Positions 23,642 to 33,959 of a stretch of DNA of 64,000 nt are shown here, one piece after another (the stretch's first letter is position 1; each line of letters opens with the position of its first letter). Below the pieces are notes generated by a model, which saw nothing but the letters and a program-made list of their open reading frames with translations, was not told the origin of the DNA and did no database searches. The position numbers were made by a program, and so were the translations under genes. Origin of the DNA: Amphiscolops sp. MND2022 (Eukaryota); contig OZ076409.1 in NCBI GenBank assembly GCA_964187785.1, forward strand, positions 5,272,001 through 5,336,000, written 5' to 3'.

Positions 23642-25002
23642 GAAGCAGACGGCAGCCACGCTATAAGTGCGGGACCTGTGGGCTGCGAGACTGTGTTTGC
23701 TTGCTAGCCGTCAATGAGAACCAGAGGGTTCCCACTGGAGCCCGGGGAGTCCCTCCAGAGCGGGGAGAAAATCTAGTACATCGCCTTACGGTGAGAGCTG
23801 AAAAAACTTATTCCTCCCTGGAACGACACGGAGACCATCCCATGGATACTATCCTGGAGAAGTTATCACTACCTGGAGTAGCGAAGGCCCCATGTCCTCG
23901 ATTCAAGGAGTGGACTAGCGATGGAAAAGGGTTAGAGTTCACCCTCGCAACGGTGATGCCCCCAGTGCCCAGCAATATTGCTTTTGGCCCCTTCAACTTC
24001 GAGCGGGAGCCTGTGCAAATGGTCCGATGCATCACCGCTGATCTTCTCTGTGACAAATACGGAATTCACGTGGATCCGGGCGGAGTATACAGCCCAGCGC
24101 CGCACTGGTGGTTGCTGGTCACTGCTCCACGAGTGGAGACAATAGTGGAACCATTGCACCTGCTGTCCTGCTTGGAAGGTCTGAGGACCCTCACTACCGC
24201 GGACTTGATACTTTGCTTCCACATCATAGACTGGTATCGTGGCAAAGTAAAATTTGCGTGGTGGTTGGAGCTGATCATCACTTGTTTCCCCAATTATCCT
24301 CGCATTAGATTGCTGGATGAGTGGACTCATACTTTTGAGATTCCGCTTCCTCCGAAAGCCGTTTTGAGCACCCTAGACACATGGGTTAGGGCGGGCAGTG
24401 ATAACCGAGCGATGCCACGCTCGGTATGGCAAGACCTGGCTGCAATCCAGGGGCGTACGCCCCGCGTATGCTTGCCTGCCGACAATGGGCCGGGGAGAGA
24501 GATCATCTACCCGGGAATCCTGCATCCAGCCCCAACAGAACACCTCTCATATGATGTGACTGATTTTCTTCAAGTAAAGGGTGACATAGTGTTGGCGTGT
24601 CCCGCTGACCTAGAGACCAACTCAGCTGCCCTACGGTACGTGCTAGGAGAATGCGGCAAGGAGAATGTATTCTCCTTACGTCCTAAGGTGGGGGAGATTC
24701 TCACCATTCCTCCCGATATCAACCCAAACCCCAATCAGAGTATTCACTTGTTAATAATCAGAGCAAACCAGCGTGCGCCGCTGCTCGCAGACGACTACCT
24801 ACGTTGTTTGACGCACTTGATACAGCGTTTGATGGAGAAGGGATCCACGAGGGTCCACCTACCCATACTGGATCCAGAGCGACCCGCCCTCTCACTGGTA
24901 AACTTATACCATACCCTAACGAATTTGCTGGAGGGTACTGGTATTCACGTGGTGCTGCATAACCGCGTGTATGTGTCCATTCTGAACATAGGGCTGGAAT
25001 AG
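23584..25002 (+). CDS. C-terminal extension of Pol: CxxC motif plus two degenerate macrodomain (TARG1/Poa1-like) repeats
   Basis: Its frame is open back to ~23510, where adding one G gives KRGRGRPPK. Motifs MVRCITADL/WWLLVTAP and IVLACPADL/IHLLIIR/RVHLPIL parallel the macrodomain motifs LAHCISAD/IYYLITK/LAMPRIG. Confidence 0.65.
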   Translation: MPSKTAIPTEASEVPRYQLRSRRQPRYKCGTCGLRDCVCLLAVNENQRVPTGARGVPPERGENLVHRLTVRAEKTYSSLERHGDHPMDTILEKLSLPGVAKAPCPRFKEWTSDGKGLEFTLATVMPPVPSNIAFGPFNFEREPVQMVRCITADLLCDKYGIHVDPGGVYSPAPHWWLLVTAPRVETIVEPLHLLSCLEGLRTLTTADLILCFHIIDWYRGKVKFAWWLELIITCFPNYPRIRLLDEWTHTFEIPLPPKAVLSTLDTWVRAGSDNRAMPRSVWQDLAAIQGRTPRVCLPADNGPGREIIYPGILHPAPTEHLSYDVTDFLQVKGDIVLACPADLETNSAALRYVLGECGKENVFSLRPKVGEILTIPPDINPNPNQSIHLLIIRANQRAPLLADDYLRCLTHLIQRLMEKGSTRVHLPILDPERPALSLVNLYHTLTNLLEGTGIHVVLHNRVYVSILNIGLE

Positions 25003-25246
25003 CCCACCCAAAACATTTTTGTTGCCCCCTTATTCAATTTACCCACCCGATAATCGTTATGCCTGGGAGGAAGTCTCGAACTTTCCCATGAAATAATTAC
25101 ATTGTAACGTAGCGTTAGATAACTTCTATCTTTGTGTTCTAATTAGTTAGTTGAACTACAATTTACACTTGTTGCGGTTCCCCTATGGAACCATCTTTGC
25201 TGCTGAGTGATGAGCCTTAAGCTCTCCCCACAATGCACATGGTAAG

Positions 25247-25267
25247 CCTAACAGTAATCCTTTTTAG
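25247..25267 (+). promoter_or_regulatory. Candidate branch point and splice acceptor for an ORF2 subgenomic mRNA
   Basis: CTAAC...TCCTTTTTAG ends 12 nt before the ORF2 ATG at 25280. Confidence 0.5.
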
Positions 25268-25279
25268 ACCTATGATATT

Positions 25280-28200
25280 ATGGCTTATTACCCCAACAAC
25301 ACGGTACCTATTTCCACGACGGGACCTCACGCCAATAGGACTCAAGAATTGCCTGCGCGAGCGCAGAGGACTAATCAAGTCCAATACGTAGAAGAGCGAT
25401 TGAGGAACGGCCTCTCACCGTTAGCGGTAGCGGGCGTGGCCGCCCTACTCACCCAACTAGACACAATGCAGACGCTGCCTGGCGTATCCGTGTCTCTAGT
25501 GACGGAAGTAGCCGGTTACCGTCGCACCCTAACCTGCCAAAACAATGCGTGGGATGGCCACGATCTGACGCACCAGTTCCTGGATGAACGGTCCACCACA
25601 ATGCTCGGGCCCAGCCAAGGCACGAGATTCGAGCAAGAAGCCTCACTGTGTATGGTGCCTGCCAGCGTAGCAACAATGCCTCCTCCTCAGATGGTCGCAC
25701 TGCCCCCACCAGCGCCAAATCCAGTACCAATGACGCCAACTTATTCCGGTTCGCCTGCCTTTGGGACGTCATATCGAGCGCCACACATGGTACTGCAAAC
25801 CACTACTAATGCACCAGTCTCTGATCGGGAGCCCTCGGGGTCCCGGTTGCCACCCATACCCAACCCTAGAGCTGATGGGAAGGAGTGCCAGCGAACAGGC
25901 CGTAATTGTGGCTTTGCAAGCGGTGGCGAACTATCCCAACTCCACCGATTTCGTCCGTGCCGTGGAGCAGAGAATCCCTGGATTAGCCACGTATCTGCAA
26001 GCTGCTGCTCAGCCCGCGGGCTGTGACCCTCCTCCTCCCCTAGTCGAAACGGCATCTATGGATATGGAAATTGTCGCTGGACCGAGTAACAGCGCAAGCG
26101 CTGCCTCTGGTACACGAGAAGAAGCGGGGAGAAAGCGGCTGACTGAAGAAACTGTCTCAGTTACCCCAGCTGGCTCGGTAACCGAGAGCCCAACTAGTCG
26201 TCCCCCTCCCGACAAGCGCGCTGATGTACCTCGGTCCCAGCTGAAGAGTGTGGTTATCCCTAGGCCCCCGTACCGGGTAGGTCATCTAGGCCGAAGCGCT
26301 CCTCAAATGTCTTTAGCAGACGCGATCGAACAGTATGGAGATCCGGATGCAGGCTCGGAAGTGAGCTCTGTGCCCTCGGGCACCAATCCAATAGATATGT
26401 CCCTGGAGATACCTGAGACGGTGGAGGAAGCCCATCCTTCAGCCTTTCTCCCTCCATCTGACGACGTATCCGGCTCAGTAGTCACCAATGATAGCAAACG
26501 CATTTGGATGGCGGCTGAGCATCTCTACCCCAGTCAATGCGCTATCAAGAAAAGGACCCCTCCAACTGAAACGGAGCAAAAGGAGATCAACCGGACCACG
26601 ATACCGGCGCAAGTCACGCGTTCGCCCAGCCCCCGTGACGCAGACATGTCGGAGCAGGCTTGGGAACAGCGTGCTCGAGAGCAGCTGCCTATGACAACCA
26701 ACGATTACATGGCGCCCCTGCAACACAATATCACTGAGCAATTCCCCGCACGGTATGTGTTGCGAGAAGGTGAGACATGGGAGGCGAACGCCCGTTACGC
26801 TCGCAACCTGAGATCCTTGAAACCCCTATTGAAAGCAGCTCTGCAGCGTGCGCGCTACTGCATGGCAGTTGATTCCACTTGCGGAAGTGACCTCCCTATT
26901 GACAATTTAATGCCTGACGTGCTGGTGCTAACTATGCCCCTGTCTCGCTTCGCTGAGGTCGCTGAGATGGTCGGAGCCATATACGATCCAAACTTAAGAG
27001 GATCACAAAAGGAACCACCCCCACAGCGAGTGATCTTCGCCAATCTCCTGGATCACATGGCTTGCGAAGGATTGCTGCATGACCTGGACGCACTAATGTC
27101 CAATGTCCGACGACTTGGAGACATTGCTGCCCTGGTAAATGAGGTGGTCGGTGCAATGGAACGTGCCGCAGGGATCCTTCGGGGTCGTCTGGGAGCGCTC
27201 GCGCTCTTTGTATCCCCACCGGGATTCATGTATTGGCCACGAAGTCTGCAGCAGTTCGTCTACATTCTGCTGGAGGTGTGCAAGGCGCGCAGAGTCGAAT
27301 TCGCCATCTGTGCACCGAACTTGCGCGTGGACCGAGAGGACCTGCGCCCAGATACCTTATCGTATCCAGCCTTCTTTGCCGCCGTATCTAGAGCGCTTGT
27401 GGCTATAGAACGCTCGGGAAACGCCCAGCTAACCATTGACGATGCTATCCTCTATGATTATGGAATGCGGATGGGCAGACTGGCCTTTGACCTTGACGGG
27501 AACCGCACTGCCCGAGAATCTAATGTAACCGAACGAGAGGCTGTTCGCCGGTACAATTGGCTAGTGCGAAAAGATAAAGAAATCCCAGTGCGCGCAGAAT
27601 TAGCCGATCTGACAAAACAAATTGGTGCATGGCCTGCAGCGCGCACTGTCGAGAGAACAATTCCTCAGATCCACTTCGCCTCGGGAATCGAGCCCGTGAA
27701 GCTGCCTGTAGGGCTGCGATGTATCGTAGCAATAGAAGCAACAAATCTGAAAGCAGAAGTCGACGCCGCAGCCACAACTTATGCTTATTGGTACCAGACT
27801 AGGTTTGCCACTAGAACTCTGGCAGAAGTAGCTCGAGAGCTCAATTGTCCATTGGAAGCCTTCTGTACCAGTCTTGGTCTAGGATGGAACCTAGAGGTAC
27901 TAACTGCTGAGTTCTCGCTGACCTCTACGCAAACGGACAAGCTGTTAGAAACAATTGGAGAGACAACCGTCGGAGAAATACTAGCGCTCGCGCTAACGAT
28001 GGGCCCAACCAAGTTCGTAGCCGGACCACTGGCCTTGTTAGCCGACATGGTAATTGCCTGCGACCTCACCGTGTTCTACAGCTACTTGGTCCTGGCACAA
28101 GGACAACTACGCAGTCTGACCCGTTGGGGACACTTGATGACTTCCAAAGACCAGCAAGACTATTCCGCACAACTGGAGCGCATGCGTGCGTCAATCCAGC

Positions 28201-29588
28201 ACTGGCTATACTCCACCCTGGTGTTCGCCTCCGGCCTATTCGTGGGCGTAGACCAATCTCAACCACTACATAACTCCGACCAGCAGATCTCCCGGGAAAC
28301 GGCAGGATTCCCCATGCCGCAGCAGATTGCAGATCTCACCCTGGCTGAAGTAGAAGACTTTGTGGCAGCAATGGCTCCTGTCTTGGCCCCTATCTTTGGC
28401 GCAGTGGGCGTGTGCCGATGCCCAACAAAACCATTGGCAACAGCCGTCCAAGTGCACATGGTCTCCTTCAGTACCTATCTGCGAGGCCGTCCTTCACTGG
28501 CGTATCCAAGGGTAATACATGCAGTGCTGAGTGGTGAGGTGCCGCATGGGTACACGACCATAAAATCCGAAAGAGAGTTGGAGGAGAACTTGATGGGCTT
28601 GCTGCGCGCGCGCACCAGGAAAGCATGTCCTCTACCCCGAGAGCATGGACCTGTGAACTGGTATTCCGCACCTCTCAGTCTGGAAGGGGTTCCCTTTAGG
28701 TTCCCCTGGAGTCAAGAGTTCGTGAGGAAGGCGATTCGCGCCAGCACTAGTGCTGGTCCACCCGTGGATCCTTTATACTGCTTCAAATGCATCGCCTTCC
28801 CAAACCGCGATTGGAAGGAGCCGTTAGGTTGGCCCAGGGCAAAACCCGTTGGACGCGCCCCAGAGGTGTTCAACCGCCAAATCCAACACTTGGAGTCAGC
28901 CCAGATCCCAGGATGGATTGAAGGCGCTGCTCAGATTAGGCAGAGGAATCTCCAATCCCGCGTCATTCCATTCCCCAGGAAGTCGGCGTGGAAGCCTACG
29001 GGAAAGATGACTATGTCTGGAGATATGTCCATCGTCCAGCATGATGAGATAAATTCCGTGTTGGGCTCAACAGAACGAGCGAGATGGGAAGAGTACTGTC
29101 TGGAGTAGGAGATTGCAAGCTTCCCTAAATGGAAGAGAGCTTGCGAGCTCTGGAGCCAATCTGGATGGATCTCACGCCGTGTAGCACTAGCGGTAGAAGG
29201 TAGAGCAGAGATAGCGAGACAACAGGCGTTCGCGCCTACCATGCTCGCACCAACGATGGTGATGTCCTTGGATCGGCCCATCTCTCAACCGATCACCATT
29301 AACCTTCCAACCCATGACTTGGAGCCAGACCCCGTTGGCCCGTCTTCGTCGCGAACGAGCCCTCAGTCCTCGCAGCAGCAGTCCGGAGAGCACACTGCCG
29401 AATTGACTCCCAATGCAGCACTAGTGCAGCCTATTGCCGAGTTGTCGCTCCCCGAAAGTCCGTCGGACTCTGAAACAGTTGCCACAGAAGTTTCTCCCCG
29501 ACGTCGAGCGTCAGTGTCGACTGATAACCCAGAACAGAACCTAGATGATGCCACTAAAGAGCGGACCCGACGCAGTTCAGCTCAATAA
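25280..29588 (+). pseudogene. Gypsy ORF2 in env position (~1435 aa reconstructed) with an SGNH/GDSL-hydrolase-like domain; one frameshift (~25860) and one in-frame TAG (29106)
   Basis: ORFs 25280-26026 and 25761-29108 join as PPIP/TLELMGR by removing one base. ORF 29241-29588 is in frame after the TAG with no other stop. Motifs MAVDS, VLTMP, RVIFANLLDH and DLRP follow the SGNH block order. Confidence 0.7.
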
Positions 29589-30328
29589 ACCCAGCTGCTA
29601 ATGGGAGCGTTCGCGCTCCCTATACCCTTATAAACTGCCAACAAACAGTGCCTCAAAACTACTCATCCAGAACGGTGCTATAGTACAAAGTGCAATTTTT
29701 GTTCTTAGTTATGGTTATATAGTTAGTGTACCATTAGTGTTGCACTGGGTGTACGGCCAATAGAGTACGCCTACCCCAGTGGCTTGAAAGACCAAGCAGA
29801 AAGAAAAGAAAACTATTGTTCAAAAAACTATCATTTTTGTTGCGCACCGTTCGCGGTGTTTTTGAGTTGTCACAATCAAAAGAAGTCTTATCCCTCTTGA
29901 TTGCGTTTCTTTCTAGTCTAGTGTTCTTCATCAATCTGGTTGTTCACCGTAAGAGCCCCCAAAGCTCTAAAAAAGTTTTTAATCGCCTGAAATGAAATGG
30001 AGACTTGTAGTCTCAAATGGTAAGGAAAAGAAATTTTAGCTGACTTTGGTCGCAAAAAGTTTTTTACACAAGTTGACTGCCCAAACGAATTTTAAACCGG
30101 CTGAAAACTGTAGCTCTCGAGCTGGTGCTAAAACCTCGTTCATGTTTTGTACGAATAGCTAGGCAGTAAGTTCTTTTTTTTTCGTGAAAAAACTGCAAAG
30201 TCGACCAAAATTGTTGCCGAAAAACAAGGACTCGTCCTTGTTCTCCGATGTGTGGATGATGGTTCCCAGCCGTCACTGTGATGCAGTTCCCAGACGATCC
30301 AGACGCCGCTTGCCAGGGACGACAAGCC

Positions 30329-30345
30329 AGGAGCCTGGGGAGTGA
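30329..30345 (+). promoter_or_regulatory. Polypurine tract of the Gypsy element
   Basis: AGGAGCCTGGGGAGTGA immediately precedes the TG of the 3' LTR at 30346. Confidence 0.65.
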
Positions 30346-30745
30346 TGTAACGGCAAGCTCTGGTACAGCAATATCAACCAACTTTGCAACTTCGCCATGA
30401 TTAGAAAATTTTGTCAAAAATTCGTTCAAATTTGACGTGGCACTCAAACATGCTCAAGACGAAGTACCTGCCAGAAAAAGCACCCCAAAAAAGCAGAAAT
30501 CGCCGCTCGCGACGAACAAGCACCGGAGACGACTAAAGAGACGTCCCCAACGCAGACAGAACACGGTATTGTGTCAATCTCTAGGAGATATCCATTACTA
30601 CAGTAAAGGAAACCAGTGTTCCAGATGTTCGCCTGAGTATCCCTGCGGTATCCTGTGTGGCAACTAGCGCTAGCGCTGGGAACCTGAAGTCAATTTTCAT
30701 CAAATGACTCTGAACTCTTGATTTCTTGTTGTATTTTTTGATGTG
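30346..30745 (+). repeat. Gypsy 3' LTR, first 400 bp
   Basis: Near-identical to 12182-12581 and ends in GATGTG (left copy of the Polinton TSD). Confidence 0.95.
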
Positions 30746-30879
30746 AGTAGTGTATATAATCGTATTTGACGCCAGCGCGAAGGGCGCAAGCTGGCTCACT
30801 TCGTTCGCCCCCTTGCTTCGCCATTCGCTTCGCTCATGGCTACTTCGCGCTAACGTCAAATACGATTATATACACTACT
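30746..30879. repeat. Left Polinton terminus (TIR that is itself a fold-back palindrome)
   Basis: The ~36-nt terminal arm recurs inverted at ~30843-30879. Confidence 0.9.
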
Positions 30880-31010
30880 TCTTTACCATCCTTACACCTA
30901 TCGTTAAATACGATTTCTTACACTACTTTGGTAATACTCTACTAACCATGTTTTAGAATAAAGCTGAAATTCTTTTGAACTGCTAAATTTCTATGAATTT
31001 CACTCTGTAA

Positions 31011-31209
31011 ATGTAAATATTGATTTTCAAAAGAAATTTTTTCAGACTGCTAATTAGTTGAGAAGGTAGATGTAAATATTGATTTTCAAAAGAAATTCTT
31101 TCAGACTGCTAATTAGTTGAGAAGGTAGATGTAAATATTGATTTTCAAACGAAATTCTTCCAGACTGCCAATTAGTTTAGAAGGTAGATGTAAATATTGA
31201 TTTTCAAAA
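31011..31209. repeat. 59-bp tandem repeat, ~3.4 copies
   Basis: ATGTAAATATTGATTTTCAAA at 31011, 31070, 31129 and 31188. Confidence 0.9.
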
Positions 31210-31445
31210 CAATTAAAAAGAAACGAGAAAAACTTGAGCACTGAAGTGAATTTAATTACACCAAAAATCAATAAAAACACCCAACATTTTCAAAAATTAT
31301 CTCCACTTCTACTGGGTTTTAAGAGATGGGGTTTTCACCATTGTGATCCTCTCTTCCATACGAGTAAAAAGAGATGTCGATGAGCAAAATCCGCCGAGTA
31401 GTTAACAAAACCCATCACCAAACGCATTCATTTGAAACAAGATAA

Positions 31446-31775
31446 AATCAAAAAATCTAATTTGACCATGCTGGTTATTTGACCATGCTAGTTATTTGAG
31501 CATGTGCGATTTTTGAATTACGCGGGCTCCTAGGTATGGATAAGCGGATAGCAAACCATTGCACGAATCAAAAAATCTAATTTGACCATGCTAGTTATTT
31601 GAGCATGTGCGATTTTTGAATTACGCGGGCTCCTAGGTATGGATAAGCGGATAGCAAACCATTGCACGAATCAAAAAATCTAATTTGACCATGCTAGTTA
31701 TTTGAGCATGTGCGATTTTTGAATTACGCGCGCTCCTAGGTATGGATAGGTGGATAGCAAACCATTGCATGAATC
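31446..31775. repeat. ~103-bp tandem repeat, 3 copies
   Basis: AATCAAAAAATCTAATTTGACCATGC...GCAAACCATTGCA at 31446, 31566 and 31669. Confidence 0.9.
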
Positions 31776-31833
31776 CTCCAAACATTCATTTGTATTATTA
31801 ATTACAACTCAGTCGCCACACTCTCTTATCAAC

Positions 31834-32574
31834 ATGAGTGACAATCTCAAAACGAATATCAACCTTGCCAAAAAAATAAAGAAACTCGGATCCCGTCAGG
31901 AGGCTGTTTTGGCTGGTGTGGCAGACCAACTGACAGAAGAAGAGAAGGCAAATATCACCATTGCTCTAGGCAAAATGGATCAGCTCTCTAACAATATCAA
32001 GATTGAAGATGATAAACCCACAAATCAAACCACATCGGGCGCACCAAATTTTGAAGCCTTCTTCTCAACATTCAGAAACGAGCTTCACGCATATGAGGAA
32101 TCAGACAGAATGGACAGCTTGATGTTTTCATCAGGTGAGTATCTCCAATTCAAGACAAGTCTCTATGACAGCTTTGATCCGATGTACTACAAGCGCTATA
32201 TCTCGCAAATTTACAAATTTGAAGGTCAAGCCAACCGAGTGTTGCTGTTTCTTGCTGCTGACCGAGGTTTCATTTATTCCAAAATGAAAGAAGATTGTCT
32301 CCTGAAAAATATCACATGGAGAGAATATCTCGCTGGACAGAAACTCTCATACACGACGGTGAACAACCATATTCAGTTTTACGATCTGGTGGAACTGTAC
32401 CCGAGAGTGCTCATATCCGGAGCAACCAAAACAGAATGGTTCAAATTCACAAATCAATTCAAAGGGGCGATAAAAGATGACGAAAGCATGAAAACGAGGT
32501 TGGCAGTCAGTTTAAAGGAATTCTTAGAGCAAGATGGCTCTTTTGAAGACGCCTGTGAAAACATTAAAATTTAA
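31834..32574 (+). CDS. Polinton accessory protein, unknown function (246 aa, helical)
   Basis: Long open frame from the first ATG at 31834; higher GC than neighbouring Polinton genes. Confidence 0.75.
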   Translation: MSDNLKTNINLAKKIKKLGSRQEAVLAGVADQLTEEEKANITIALGKMDQLSNNIKIEDDKPTNQTTSGAPNFEAFFSTFRNELHAYEESDRMDSLMFSSGEYLQFKTSLYDSFDPMYYKRYISQIYKFEGQANRVLLFLAADRGFIYSKMKEDCLLKNITWREYLAGQKLSYTTVNNHIQFYDLVELYPRVLISGATKTEWFKFTNQFKGAIKDDESMKTRLAVSLKEFLEQDGSFEDACENIKI

Positions 32575-33374
32575 TATTCCCCTCTATCTGTTTGGTGAGT
32601 TTGAAATGAATTTAGTCTATGGTCACAATGTTTTAGTATCAGTTGAAACGAGACTTATACATTATAGCCTATCTCCACATGTTTAAGTATCCGTTGAACG
32701 GAGATTTATACATTATAGCCTATATCCACATGTTTAAGGATAGGACTTACCATCTTACCATGGTAATAGTCGCAGGTTGGCGGTCATATCATAATATTGT
32801 GTATAATCATGTATAATGTATAAAATACACCGGAAAAAATATATTAAATTTTCAGTTTTTTCTAGAATAACTGTACAGAATTAAATAAATCTACTAAGGT
32901 GGAAGAATACTGATGAAAAAAGACAATCGAATTTTATGTTTTTTGTTCACCAAATAAAAGTTGCCATTTTCAGCACACAATACTGTGTTGCATATAATCA
33001 TTTTATTTGTATCTTTTGACTATTTTCTGTATTATTCGGGAAAACATATAACGACTGACTTTTTGGTTCTGTTGCTGTGGAAGAAAGACACCCCCCTTTA
33101 ATTGGAACATTTGTAATACTCTTTTATCTAGTTACTGAATGTTTTCGTGTGGATTCGAAAAAAGAGTCAGTATTATAGTCGCGTTTCACTTCATGATGTG
33201 CCGGCTCAAAACAAACACGAGACGCCAATATGCTTATAACCAAATAAACGTTGATAATACTATTCAAATTTAAAACATGTAGTCTGTGATTATCAGTGTA
33301 GGTTTACCATTGCGCATGCCTATGTGTCTTGTATTTTTTAGTCATAGACATTTTCATGTCCAATTAAATAAAGA

Positions 33375-33785
33375 ATGAATTTAACATTCAAAGAATTTGT
33401 CAAGAAATATGGATTAAAAAACGAAGCAACTTCTAATGTAAAAATAAAAGGTATACTAGACATAATAAATAGACATATTCATGATTCGTGTAAAGTGTAC
33501 ATGAGAGATGATAAATTTACAACTGATTCAGGAATTGTAAATTTACACCCCTCAGTGGGAACACACTGGGTCATGTTTATTAAGGAATATTACTTCGATT
33601 CATATGGCTGCCCACCTCCAATAAACATACTCAACTATCTTAATATTGGTCAATACTCAGAATATCAAATTCAAAAAAATGATAGCTATTGCGCAGCGTA
33701 TTGTTTATATGTTTTATATCTTACACAAAGTATAGGCTTTAAAAATGCAGTTTTAAGTTTATACTATCAGACATTTTGTCATTAA
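33375..33785 (+). CDS. Adenain-like maturation cysteine protease
   Basis: GTHWV...YFDSYG...QIQ...SYCAAYC (His, Asp, Gln, Cys). Confidence 0.9.
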   Translation: MNLTFKEFVKKYGLKNEATSNVKIKGILDIINRHIHDSCKVYMRDDKFTTDSGIVNLHPSVGTHWVMFIKEYYFDSYGCPPPINILNYLNIGQYSEYQIQKNDSYCAAYCLYVLYLTQSIGFKNAVLSLYYQTFCH

Positions 33786-33788
33786 TAA

Positions 33789-33956
33789 ATGAAGAAAATT
33801 AATACTTATTCAGCTCAGTTTAAAGTCATATATCCAAAAGATCATTCAAAAAATAATAATACGAATGGTATTCCGAATGAGAAAAAATTATCAAAAGATG
33901 GACAAGAATTTATAAATAACATAGCTGCTAGTGGATTTAAACACTTTCATGCATAA
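33789..33956 (+). CDS. Small Polinton ORF (55 aa, MKKINTYS...AASGFKHFHA)
   Basis: TAAATG start; exactly fills the gap between the protease and penton genes. Not in the ORF track. Confidence 0.6.
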   Translation: MKKINTYSAQFKVIYPKDHSKNNNTNGIPNEKKLSKDGQEFINNIAASGFKHFHA

Positions 33957-33959
33957 TAA

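Noticed and set aside
25761..29108. Calling ORF2 a classical env
   Set aside because: No signal peptide, no clear furin site plus fusion peptide, and no C-terminal TM anchor visible.
15517..29554. Many 60-150-aa antisense and alternate-frame ORFs inside the Gypsy coding region
   Set aside because: Expected shadows of long GC-richer coding sequence, with no motifs.
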